From NCBI GenBank assembly GCA_964014485.1, contig CAXHAT010000145.1, positions 1 through 20,633 on the forward strand: a DNA stretch of 20,633 nt, given 5' to 3'. Position numbers and translations under genes: made by a program. Below the pieces are notes generated by a model that saw only the letters and a list, made by a program, of their open reading frames with translations, searched no databases and was not told where the DNA came from. Of this stretch, positions 1 to 8,210 are shown piece after piece. Position 1 is the stretch's first letter, and the number at the start of each line of letters is the position of its first letter. The DNA is from an uncultured Deferribacteres bacterium (GTDB lineage: Bacteria; Zhuqueibacterota; Zhuqueibacteria; Zhuqueibacterales; Geothermadaptataceae).

Positions 1-351
1 ACGCCGATTTCGCCATTGCTTTCATGAATGATTTTGCAAAAAACATCACCCAAAGAACCGTCGCCGTTTTGGATAACTCTCCCGTTCATCGCAGTCAGGC
101 GTTCATGAACAGGATCGAAGCGTGGGAAGAGCAAGACTTGTATGTGTTTTTCCTGCCAAAGTACAGCCCGCATTTAAATCTGATCGAAATACTCTGGCGA
201 AAAATAAAATATGAGTGGCTCAAGCCGCAGCATTATCTCAACAAAGAGACTTTTAGTCAAGCGCTGGAAGATATTCTCGTGAAAATCGGCGACGAGTTCA
301 AAATAAATTTCAAAAAACAAAAAGTGCCGATTATTTTTCAGTGACTACTTA
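1..351 (+). mobile_element. IS630-family element A, right end
   Basis: The transposase stop lies within the terminus ...TTATTTTTCAGTGACTACT|TA (TA at 350-351). Coding sequence of a different IS630 resumes immediately afterwards. Confidence 0.8.
3..344 (+). CDS. IS630-family transposase, C-terminal DDE part (5' end lies outside the window)
   Basis: The frame is open from base 3 (ADFAIAFM...). Motifs VAVLDNSPVH and FLPKYSPHLNLIEILWRKIK match the second D and the E region of IS630 DDE_3 transposases. Confidence 0.93.
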   Translation, partial: ADFAIAFMNDFAKNITQRTVAVLDNSPVHRSQAFMNRIEAWEEQDLYVFFLPKYSPHLNLIEILWRKIKYEWLKPQHYLNKETFSQALEDILVKIGDEFKINFKKQKVPIIFQ

Positions 352-1421
352 AGCTTCGCCTGCACCTGTTCGTTCTGGTGAAAGCAGAGCTTGTCGGTAC
401 ACGCAAGGCGGCCACGACACATCTAGCCCTGCATCGCAACACCGCCAGTGAATGGTTGAAGCGCTATGAAGACGGAGGCCTTGACGGTTTGCTTTACGAC
501 AAGAAACGCGGCGCGAAAAGCGAACAGAAAAGCCTGCCGCCCAGCGTTTTTGATGCTTTTAAAAAACGCCTGGCCGACTCTAAGGGCTTTGGAGGCTACA
601 TTGAAATCCAGCTTTGGCTGGCGGAAGAATTTGACATTCGTTTGCCCTATCGCACAGTTCACGGCGTTGTACGTGATCGTCTCGGGGCGAAATTGAAGCG
701 TCCGCGCCCCGGCACACCCTTTAAAAAAAGTAGAAGTCGCTGAGTTTGTCAAGCGCTTCAAGGGTCACGTTTCCCTGATTACGACCTTCGTTCGTACTTC
801 CGAAACGCAGCAGGTACGGCTTTTCAGTCAAGATGAAACACGCATCGACTTACACTTGCCGTCTTATACTATTTTCCTTGATTCTTTATCCGTTCCAGCA
901 TGGCTAAATGATCGGGGTCGATGGATGGCAAATGAAGAAAAATGGTATTACAGGCGGTGACCGCTTGCGGAGTGCAGCCTGTTCAGCCAGTGCAACCGAA
1001 ATATGAATCTTATTGGCTTTACGGAGCCGTTGAACCCAAAACAGGAGAGGCGTTTTATCTTGAAATGCCCTGGCTCAATGCCGACGCTTTTTCTCTTTTT
1101 TTAAAAGAAATGGCCCGGGCTTATTCAGACGGCCTCAACATCTTACTCGTAGATGGCGCCGGGGCGCATCGAGCCGCGAATGTGATCGTACCTAAAAACA
1201 TGGTGTTGATGAAACTGCCGGCTTACAGTCCGGAAATCAATACGGTTGAACGCCTGTGGTTAGATGTCAAAAAGAAAATTGACGTGTTCGATCCGAACGT
1301 TAGAGCATCGCCGGAAGCATTGAAAAACCACATTGCAGATATTCTCAAAGTCTATACGTGCGAGAAAATTCAATCATTAACTGGATATGACTACATTCTC
1401 GATGCAGTTAACGCACAATAA
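351..1421 (+). pseudogene. Second IS630-family transposase, disrupted (N-terminus cut by element A, two frameshifts, one MITE-like insertion)
   Basis: The HTH part KLRLHLFVLVK...HRNTASEWLKRYEDGGL...LGAKLKRPRP runs 351-~713. A shifted frame 715-866 reads HPLKK...VRLFSQDETRIDLHLPSY (first catalytic D). Frame 957-1421 reads VTACGVQP...WLYGAVEP..GE...LLVDGAGAH...LPAYSPEINTVERLW. Confidence 0.9.
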
Positions 1422-1439
1422 ATTGAAGCACGTCGTATA
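352..1439 (+). mobile_element. IS630-family element B remnant (right portion)
   Basis: Contains the broken transposase. The stop at 1421 is followed by ATTGAAGCACGTCGTA|TA, an IS630-style terminus ending in TA (1438-1439). Confidence 0.75.
867..947. mobile_element. 81-bp MITE-like insertion with imperfect terminal inverted repeats, flanked by TTA direct repeats
   Basis: 864-883 TTATACTATTTTCCTTGATT vs reverse complement of 931-950 TAATACCATTTTTCTTCATT (16/20 match). TTA occurs at 864-866 and 948-950. Removing the insert restores ...HLPSYRR next to (V)TACGVQP. Confidence 0.72.
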
Positions 1440-1550
1440 AGGAATAAGGATACCGACCATAAGCTATTGTTTGGAGCAGCTTATTATAAAGGGAAAAATG
1501 TCGAAACGGGAGCAAAATAGTGCAGCTATCTGGGTAATTTTTGATTTCAG

Positions 1551-1608
1551 ATGGACGCTACTTGGACACCAGAGATGTTCCCCCCCCATAAGTCTTTAAA
1601 AAACAATA
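1551..1608. other. Possible att-site remnant (arm-type-like repeats and IHF-like site) next to the tRNA 3' end
   Basis: Direct repeat TGGACGC / TGGACAC (1552-1569) and TAAGTCTTTAAAA (1589-1601), which loosely resembles TAAnnnnTTGATW, directly abutting the tRNA 3' end. Confidence 0.4.
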
Positions 1609-1682
1609 TGGGCCCTGTAGGACTTGAACCTACGACCAACGGATTATGAGTCCGTTGCTCTAACCAACTGAGCTAAGGGCCC
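1609..1682 (-). tRNA. tRNA with CAT anticodon, most likely tRNA-Ile2 (lysidine-modified); CCA not encoded
   Basis: The minus strand reads GGGCCCTTAGCTCAGTTGGTTAGAGCAACGGACTCATAATCCGTTGGTCGTAGGTTCAAGTCCTACAGGGCCCA: full cloverleaf, T-loop GTTCAAG, anticodon loop CTCATAA. It has a paired G1-C72, no GGG/CCC initiator anticodon stem, and resembles E. coli ileX. Confidence 0.95.
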
Positions 1683-1693
1683 CGAAAGCGTTT

Positions 1694-1723
1694 CAAATAT
1701 AAGAGTCAGGCGTAAATAAGCAA
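1694..1723 (-). promoter_or_regulatory. Putative tRNA promoter
   Basis: Minus strand TTGCTT-16 nt-TATATT(TG), equivalent to TTG-N19-TATATTTG, about 11 nt upstream of the tRNA. Confidence 0.6.
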
Positions 1724-1763
1724 GCAAAATTCTTTTGGGCGTTTAGCCGATTCATGGAGGACG

Positions 1764-3635
1764 TCATTGGTTCTTTTGGAGCACAATTTTTGTCTCGGCT
1801 TTTGCTTTAACCTCTTTCATGAAATGGTAATATTCTTCATACTTGTCCAGCGCTACGTTTCTCGTTCGCAAATCATATCGGCTTTTCCATACAGCGCCTT
1901 CCGACGCAGGGATAATTTGTGAGTTAAATCCACCAAATTCAGATTTGATAGAATCGGATTTTGCATCTACGCTTGCACAAAACTCTTCCGGCAGCACAAA
2001 TTTAATCGAATCGTCGAATACAAACCTGGTCGGATTTAAGAGCGGCTTTGATCGTTCGTCCGGCGTTTCGCCGTCGAAAATAATTCTATGAAAGAATCTT
2101 GGCTGGAAGATGAATCGACTTCCTGCTTTGCGTGCGAAAAATGCAAGTTTTGCTTCTAGGTTTAAGCTGAGCGGAGAATCGGGCTCATTCAAGCCATCAA
2201 ATTCGAGACCGCTGACTGAAATTTCGCTCGAACTGCTCGAAAGCCGGCGTTTCAACCACTTTTCTTGTTCCGGCAAACTCAGGCCTTTCAATTCTCTCCG
2301 CAAATTGATCGCGAGATTCCCCGTCCATTCAGCTTTCCCCTGAATCTGCAACGATCGATCATGATCGAGGATCGCGACTGCTGAAAAGCGCCCGCGATTC
2401 GCTTCAGCAGAACTTTCCGGAGATCGGATCAGCGCTCCGCCATCTGGAGTAACCAACAGGGCGTTAATTCCTTCAATGTTTTGCGGAAGATCATTCACTG
2501 CATTTACATCGCTCGTGCATTCCACCCAAAGCGTGTCGCTCTCCATCGGTACGACCGCGATGCAGTGGTTGAATTGGTTTCCCGGGAAATCGGCGTCGAC
2601 CCATCCGGCGTCTCGCGTAAGCGCCAGTGCCGGCCATGCAGGAATTCCGGCTTTTCGAAGCAATGCGATGAAGTAGACCGACAAGTCCTTGCAGTCGCCG
2701 TATAATGACCGATGCACATCTTCCACGTGGTGCGGTCGCCAGCCGTCTATGCCAAGATAAATTTGTACGTATCGCGTTTCTTTCTGCAGGTAGCGGTAGA
2801 GCGTGCGGATTTTTTCAAGCGGCTCTGAGATTTTCTCAACCTCAGCTAAAATTGGCGGTCGTGATTCGAGCGAAATGCGATCGGCGAAGAGTCGGTGCGC
2901 CCATTGTCCAAAGCTCCGCCAATCTTCATTTTCACCGACGAACCCATCGAGATTAAAACGTTTTGGCTTAAATTTGAGCCCAATTTCGAAAGACGCTTCC
3001 GGCGCTTCTCGAAATTCACGCAGATAAGCGGGGACATTTGTAACGCGCCAAGAATGACTCTGACGACCGTCAGCATCAGCGGTAATTTGAGGAGGTTCAA
3101 TATCGCCGACATGGCGAAACTCGAAAGGCAGGTTCGGGTGAGAAATGACGGTCAGCGTCGCTTCGTCAACAGGCGCCATGCGTTGCGGGTCCCAATCCGG
3201 CCAGAAAAATGCACTGTTGAGCTTATACTCTTTCGTCCGGGTAATAATGTACGGCAACTTTGGATACGACAAGTGATAGAACCGGGTTTTGTGCTCATCG
3301 TAGATCGCGGAGTACGAAACCGTGGATTGTTGAATATCGCGCTTCTTCAACGCGGCAAGTCGTTTCCCGCCAATGTCGTGGATTTCGGCTTCAAATTTTT
3401 TCAGCTTACGGAAGGCGGATTCACGCAAGCCGTCTGAGCCGAGCGCCTTTCCGCTCTCATCGGCGATCAGAAGAATTTCAGACTCGCGGACAAGCAAGCG
3501 ATCAAGGCCTTGCACGTGGATTTCACGCTCGGTCTTCAGAAATTTTGTCGCCAAAATTCGGGGAGGTTGCGCCATTGCCTGAGCTCCGCACAGCAACACG
3601 GCAAGATACGCGTTTGAAATGAAAGCCGTTCTCAC
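1764..3635 (-). CDS. Secreted DUF3857 + transglutaminase-like domain protein (catalytic residues present)
   Basis: 623 aa with a signal peptide (AQAMA|Q). Core RYVQIYLGIDGWRP...YGDCKDLS...LRKAGI...QFNHCIAVV...LWVECT gives Cys-His-Glu. The GTG start overlaps the upstream stop (GTGA). Confidence 0.9.
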   Translation of the reverse strand: MRTAFISNAYLAVLLCGAQAMAQPPRILATKFLKTEREIHVQGLDRLLVRESEILLIADESGKALGSDGLRESAFRKLKKFEAEIHDIGGKRLAALKKRDIQQSTVSYSAIYDEHKTRFYHLSYPKLPYIITRTKEYKLNSAFFWPDWDPQRMAPVDEATLTVISHPNLPFEFRHVGDIEPPQITADADGRQSHSWRVTNVPAYLREFREAPEASFEIGLKFKPKRFNLDGFVGENEDWRSFGQWAHRLFADRISLESRPPILAEVEKISEPLEKIRTLYRYLQKETRYVQIYLGIDGWRPHHVEDVHRSLYGDCKDLSVYFIALLRKAGIPAWPALALTRDAGWVDADFPGNQFNHCIAVVPMESDTLWVECTSDVNAVNDLPQNIEGINALLVTPDGGALIRSPESSAEANRGRFSAVAILDHDRSLQIQGKAEWTGNLAINLRRELKGLSLPEQEKWLKRRLSSSSSEISVSGLEFDGLNEPDSPLSLNLEAKLAFFARKAGSRFIFQPRFFHRIIFDGETPDERSKPLLNPTRFVFDDSIKFVLPEEFCASVDAKSDSIKSEFGGFNSQIIPASEGAVWKSRYDLRTRNVALDKYEEYYHFMKEVKAKAETKIVLQKNQ

Positions 3636-5602
3636 TCGCCGCTCCTTTTTTGCAGCGAAATCACCAGTTGTTCCTGATCCGCATCCACGATCTGAGCGAA
3701 AGCTTGGCGCAATTGTTCATAATCTTCAGGCGGTACAAGAGCTTTGTTGATCTTAAAATATCGCGTACAAATAAGCGCGTTCGGAAAATTGGAATTGGGC
3801 GAGACAGTACGACGATACGTGATGTAGGCGTTGCGAATCAGAACCGGTTTGGGCAATTCCGGAATGTCGCATTCTTCCGAGAGAATAAACGTATTGACTT
3901 CCGTTCTTTGGCTGAGGTACCCAAACTCCACTGGAAAATCTCGTTTCCGCGATACAAAGGCATTTTGTTTTGAAGTAAAAAAGATTGATGGTCGTAAGAA
4001 AATTTCATTTTCGATCTTCTCAGCATAGTTTTCCAAGCTGAACTTGAAAAGAGTTTTGAAGCTGTCGCTGTCGACCGTCGTTTCCACAGTCCCGACGGAA
4101 TCAATGGAAAAGTTTTCCAGACCTTTTGCGAAATCTTCAGTGATCACGTTTCCCAAATCGTTTCTCTGGTCAAATTGGATGTGACGCATCCTGCCTGCGT
4201 AACCTGCGGCCATCCATTGCGTTTTCCCTGAAATTCCGCCGCTATTATCGACGCGAATGAACGACTCGACAAGCTCTTTGCTTTTAACGCCGCGAATTGG
4301 CGTTTTGACAAAACTCGCGGTATCATCTGTTACATGCATACCAACTTCGACTAACGATTCCGGCGGCAACTTGCCAAACGGCGTAAACTTGTCGCTTGCA
4401 TCAAGAACATACTTGCGCCGATCGATTTCAACAAGAGCAAGCGTGCGGTTAAACTGGGAAAGAAACGGGAAGCCTGGATCGGCCCATCCATGTCCGCGCG
4501 TACTGATCAGCAACGGATCGGCTTGAATACCCGCTGAGCGAAGCATGGCTACCATAAGCAAATTTCGCTCGGAAGGGGACGCTTTTTTGTCTTTCAATAC
4601 AGCGCCTTGCTTTTTGCGCGGTGAAAGTCCGTTGGCGTAAACTTCATTTTCCAGGCCGTCTCGGACGAATTTAAACACGGCTTCCGTTTTTTCGAGTCCC
4701 GAACTTTTTCCGGCAATCAAGCTTGCGGCAACCTTTCTCGTCTCGCCGGAAGGCTGCATGTATGTGCCGTAGTCCGAATCCAAAAGCTCCTTGCAGAGCG
4801 TCTTGAAATCTTTCACGAACGTCAGTTTCGTATAGCTGCGGCGGAAGCCGCTGATTTGAAAATCCAACCTGGCTCGATAATTTTTAAGAGATGAAATAAA
4901 CGGCTCTCTTTTGACGGCTGGGAAATGCTCGCCGGAGAAGATAAACTTTTTCAGCAGAGCATTGTTATTGTGCAAATCGTGGAATTGTTCGGTGGTTTCC
5001 TTAACCCGCCGCTTCGTATCATTTGCGATTTTGCCGTTGTAAATAAATCCAGGGTCAAGAAAAAGGGTAAGGCGAGAATGAATTGTTGGGATTGCGTCCT
5101 GAAAAACCCAAGGTTCCAGCGCAAAAATGTACCTGCTTTTTTGACGATACTTGACTTCGAGAACCGCTCCGGCGGCGACCTGCGGCATGGTGAATTTCTT
5201 GACTTTGTAATTCTTTTTTGATTCTTCGGTAAAAATATCGCCGCCTTTAACTTTGACGGTCTTGCCGTTTGGTAGAATGGTCTGCGCTTTGATATCGCTG
5301 ACCTTGTCTTCGTGCCAGTAAACGATTGAAACGTCCGCCCAGGATTTTGCGCTCTCTCTCAACAATTTAATTTGATAATGCCTGGTGAAGAACATCTCGA
5401 CGCCTTCATTCAGCCGCACCTCAATTTTACCTTCATCGAAGAGCTTGACAGCGTCAGCCGAAGAATCCTGCGCGTAGACCGTCATTTCCAGATGATCTTT
5501 GGCTGTTTTGCCGAATTTTGGATTCTTCGTTTGCGCGGAAAGATTCAGCGCACAAAGCGCACAGATCAAAATCAGGCTCAGTATTTCTTTTTTGGTTTTC
5601 AT
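3632..5602 (-). CDS. Secreted DUF3857 + transglutaminase-like fold protein (catalytic Cys/His absent)
   Basis: Likely start ATG 5602 after GGGAGG. Signal peptide (NLSA|Q). DUF3857-like DSSADAVKLFDEG...FTMPQVAAGAVLEVKY...WVFQ. The core reads KASPSERNLL...LRSAGI...STRGHG...QFNRTL...VLDAS. Confidence 0.88.
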   Translation of the reverse strand: MKTKKEILSLILICALCALNLSAQTKNPKFGKTAKDHLEMTVYAQDSSADAVKLFDEGKIEVRLNEGVEMFFTRHYQIKLLRESAKSWADVSIVYWHEDKVSDIKAQTILPNGKTVKVKGGDIFTEESKKNYKVKKFTMPQVAAGAVLEVKYRQKSRYIFALEPWVFQDAIPTIHSRLTLFLDPGFIYNGKIANDTKRRVKETTEQFHDLHNNNALLKKFIFSGEHFPAVKREPFISSLKNYRARLDFQISGFRRSYTKLTFVKDFKTLCKELLDSDYGTYMQPSGETRKVAASLIAGKSSGLEKTEAVFKFVRDGLENEVYANGLSPRKKQGAVLKDKKASPSERNLLMVAMLRSAGIQADPLLISTRGHGWADPGFPFLSQFNRTLALVEIDRRKYVLDASDKFTPFGKLPPESLVEVGMHVTDDTASFVKTPIRGVKSKELVESFIRVDNSGGISGKTQWMAAGYAGRMRHIQFDQRNDLGNVITEDFAKGLENFSIDSVGTVETTVDSDSFKTLFKFSLENYAEKIENEIFLRPSIFFTSKQNAFVSRKRDFPVEFGYLSQRTEVNTFILSEECDIPELPKPVLIRNAYITYRRTVSPNSNFPNALICTRYFKINKALVPPEDYEQLRQAFAQIVDADQEQLVISLQKRSGE

Positions 5603-5726
5603 CTTCCCTCCCATTCTATTTATGGTGAGCGTAATTTACCAGACGGTTTTCAAACAATCTCTTCTTGTTAGAGACCAATCCCGGCCACCATTTCCCGAAC
5701 CTGGAAAAATCTTTATACCGTCGTAC

Positions 5727-5755
5727 TTGCTTCCGCTCGCCGGTTGGGCTATTTT
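5727..5755 (+). promoter_or_regulatory. Putative promoter for the 5802 gene
   Basis: TTGCTT-17 nt-TATTTT, about 46 nt upstream of the ATG. Confidence 0.4.
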
Positions 5756-5801
5756 GCCCTGTGTTTTGGATTTACAAATGTCAAAACTTTTGGAGCCATG
5801 A

Positions 5802-6209
5802 ATGAAGAAGTGGCATGTTATTGGAGCCATCCTACTGTTTTTCCCAGTTGCCGCCTTGTGCGATCAACCAACCGTTAAATCAGCGACAATTACTCCGACG
5901 GAAGTGACTCCTGGAGACACAGTAACAATGGAAATCGAATTCTCAGGCAAGACTTCCGATCTCAAGGAAGTTTTCTTTCGCGTGCGCGAGTTTCCAAATG
6001 AGGCGCCGGCGAGAAATCTTCAGCCGGCCAAAAACCGGAAGGGGAATGTTTGGGTATTGGTGAGTGAAGTGCCCTACGAAGCTCCGGCGCAAACCTACCA
6101 CCTCGACGTTACCGCCATCGACAAGGACGGGGAGGAAATTGTCACCAAAGGCATGGAAGAGCAGTCAACCGGCAAAGCGGCGTCGGTTACGATGAAAGTC
6201 ACTTATTGA
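5802..6209 (+). CDS. Small secreted hypothetical protein, probable single Ig-like beta-sandwich
   Basis: 135 aa. GGAG upstream; signal peptide MKKWHVIGAILLFFPVAALC. The pattern 'ITPTEVTPGDTVTMEIEF...VP..AP..TYHLDVTAIDKDG...VTMKVT' is typical of Ig-like domains. Confidence 0.8.
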   Translation: MKKWHVIGAILLFFPVAALCDQPTVKSATITPTEVTPGDTVTMEIEFSGKTSDLKEVFFRVREFPNEAPARNLQPAKNRKGNVWVLVSEVPYEAPAQTYHLDVTAIDKDGEEIVTKGMEEQSTGKAASVTMKVTY

Positions 6210-6216
6210 CGCGATT

Positions 6217-6260
6217 GCTTCGCTTCAATAAGACCTGCGGCAGCAAAACTGAGGCGAAGC
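6217..6260. terminator. Inverted repeat between convergent genes (possible bidirectional terminator or stabiliser)
   Basis: GCTTCGCTTCA (6217-6227) pairs with TGAGGCGAAGC (6250-6260). Long 22-nt loop and no U-tract. Confidence 0.35.
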
Positions 6261-6272
6261 GCCCCCATTCGT

Positions 6273-8150
6273 TTATCCTTTTTTTCTACTCAACTCGTCC
6301 TTCAAAGCGTTTTCCAGTGCGTCGATGGCTTCCGAGTCGGCGTTTTCTCCCGTCAAATAGTTTTGCGTGACCAAAGCGTTCATCCGGTCGCGGTTGGGGT
6401 TTGGCAAATTCAACTGTAGAACTTTGCGATAAACGTCAATTGCTGATCGGTCTGAACGATTTTCCAGAAGATAGATGTCAGCCAATTCCGAATACAATTT
6501 CAGCCTTCCGGGATTGCGAGCGAGTAAGCCTTCATAAATTGTTGCCGCTTTCAAATGCTTGCCGCGACGCGTGAAAAAACGTGCGCGAGCCGTCGGCGTT
6601 AAAAACAAAAAACCGAGCACGGGGAGAAAAACGAGCACCGCGATTGCCGAGCCAATCACGATCATCGAGTTCGGCGAGCCAACCTTTTGAGTCCCGCCAG
6701 TTTCAGAAATCGAAGCGCTCTTGTTTAGCTCAGCTCGAGCCTGCGCGAGCAAAGAATCGCTTTCCAGGTAGCCCGTTTGTAGCATTTGCACTTTTTCGAA
6801 AGCAATCGTCGCCTGCAGCCAATTCTTGTTATTTAGAAACTGAACGCCGGAACTGTAGAGAGAATCGATTTTTACGGAATCCGTCGCCAGAGCGACTCCG
6901 GAAGCGCCTTTTTGCGAAGCGTTTGTCTGGTCGTAAAGAGCGCTCTCAATCTCGGCTGTTAGCTGCCTCACATTGCGATACTTTGGATTGATCGCTTTGA
7001 CTTTTTCAAACGCAGCCAAAGCGCCGATATAGTCGCCTGCGTTTTTTGAGGCTACGCCCTGAGTATAATAACCGGTGATAATCGTTTCCATCGAAGCATT
7101 TTCCAAAGCCGCACGCGCTCTTGCGAGCTGCTTTTTGGCTTCTTTGTAATCTGAAGAAGCCTCGAGCACTTGTTCGAAGGCGATGACGGCCTTTGTCCAT
7201 TGTTTTTCCTGGATCGCCGTCATGCCCACGCTATAGTCAAGCGCGATTTGGTTGTTGCGCTTTTGTTGCTCTAACTTTCTGGCAATTGCCGCTCTTCGAG
7301 ACTTGACGTCTTTGAAATCTTCACCGGCGGACGTGATTAAATTATCATAAATCGCCGCCGCCATTTCCAACTGACCGGAATCTTCATATTTCCTGGCTTG
7401 ATCGTAGTTGGACTCTATTAATTTTGCCTGATTCTGATTTGCCAAAGCTCCCTGGATTGTCGCAAGCCGGGCGGTCACGTCGCGATAATTGCCCTGCTCA
7501 AGCTGAATTTGTTCGAAGAGCGTTTTCGCTTCCAGAAGCTTACCGGCATTTTTTGCGTTCACCGCTGCGTCATACTTATTGCCCAAATTGATCGCCTTTT
7601 GAGCAGCCGCCACGCCCGACACAAATGAGTTGGATAACTCCGGATCAAGCTGCTGGCCCGCCTGATACTCCTGAATCGCTTTAGCGTACTGACCTTTCGC
7701 AGCCAAAACACGCCCCAATTCCAGAGAAACAACCGCTCGCCGTTTCGGCTCTTTTGCAACGCTTTTGGCTTCTCTTAGCCTGGCTTCACTTGCAGCAAAG
7801 TCTCTTGTACGCCGGTAACAGACGCCAAGCTCAAACATAAGCTGCGCCTTCAGTTTCGGCTCCAATTTCGATGGGGCGACCTTGCTGGCTTGTTCCAAGT
7901 GGCGAATCGCTTCAACGTAATTCTTTTCTCGCTTGTAAACCATGCCGAGGTTGTATAGCGCCTCTCGAAAGCGAGGGTCGATTGCAATCGCTTTTTTATA
8001 CGCGGCGATCTTTTCTTGAGAATTCTTGCTTTTGACGCCTTTTTCAAACCATATCAACGCCTGTTGGTTTTGGGCGGAAAGCGATGAATTCAGTAGAAAA
8101 ATAATCGAAAATAAAGCACAACAAAATGCTGGTTGGCGAGAAAGGCGCAT
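6273..8150 (-). CDS. Tetratricopeptide-repeat protein with signal peptide, one C-proximal TM helix and a cytoplasmic TPR-like tail
   Basis: 625 aa, GAGGTG RBS. Canonical TPRs (AYKKAIAIDPRFREALYNLGMVY...), five spaced Y..G/A......A...F/Y.........Y/F repeats, and TM MIVIGSAIAVLVFLPVLGFLFL (~6600-6665). Confidence 0.9.
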   Translation of the reverse strand: MRLSRQPAFCCALFSIIFLLNSSLSAQNQQALIWFEKGVKSKNSQEKIAAYKKAIAIDPRFREALYNLGMVYKREKNYVEAIRHLEQASKVAPSKLEPKLKAQLMFELGVCYRRTRDFAASEARLREAKSVAKEPKRRAVVSLELGRVLAAKGQYAKAIQEYQAGQQLDPELSNSFVSGVAAAQKAINLGNKYDAAVNAKNAGKLLEAKTLFEQIQLEQGNYRDVTARLATIQGALANQNQAKLIESNYDQARKYEDSGQLEMAAAIYDNLITSAGEDFKDVKSRRAAIARKLEQQKRNNQIALDYSVGMTAIQEKQWTKAVIAFEQVLEASSDYKEAKKQLARARAALENASMETIITGYYTQGVASKNAGDYIGALAAFEKVKAINPKYRNVRQLTAEIESALYDQTNASQKGASGVALATDSVKIDSLYSSGVQFLNNKNWLQATIAFEKVQMLQTGYLESDSLLAQARAELNKSASISETGGTQKVGSPNSMIVIGSAIAVLVFLPVLGFLFLTPTARARFFTRRGKHLKAATIYEGLLARNPGRLKLYSELADIYLLENRSDRSAIDVYRKVLQLNLPNPNRDRMNALVTQNYLTGENADSEAIDALENALKDELSRKKG

Positions 8151-8210
8151 CGTTCACCTCTTCAAACTTTAAATTGGCGGCCAATTGTCTCGAAGCTGGT
8201 ACTGCGAAAA

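Noticed and set aside
942..956. ATG start at 942 for a stand-alone 159-aa transposase ORF
   Set aside because: The ATG lies inside the MITE-like right TIR; the ORF is the tail of the broken element-B transposase.
1609..1682. tRNA-fMet or elongator tRNA-Met assignment
   Set aside because: No C1:A72 mismatch and no three G-C pairs in the anticodon stem. The overall sequence resembles Ile2, though elongator Met is not fully excluded.
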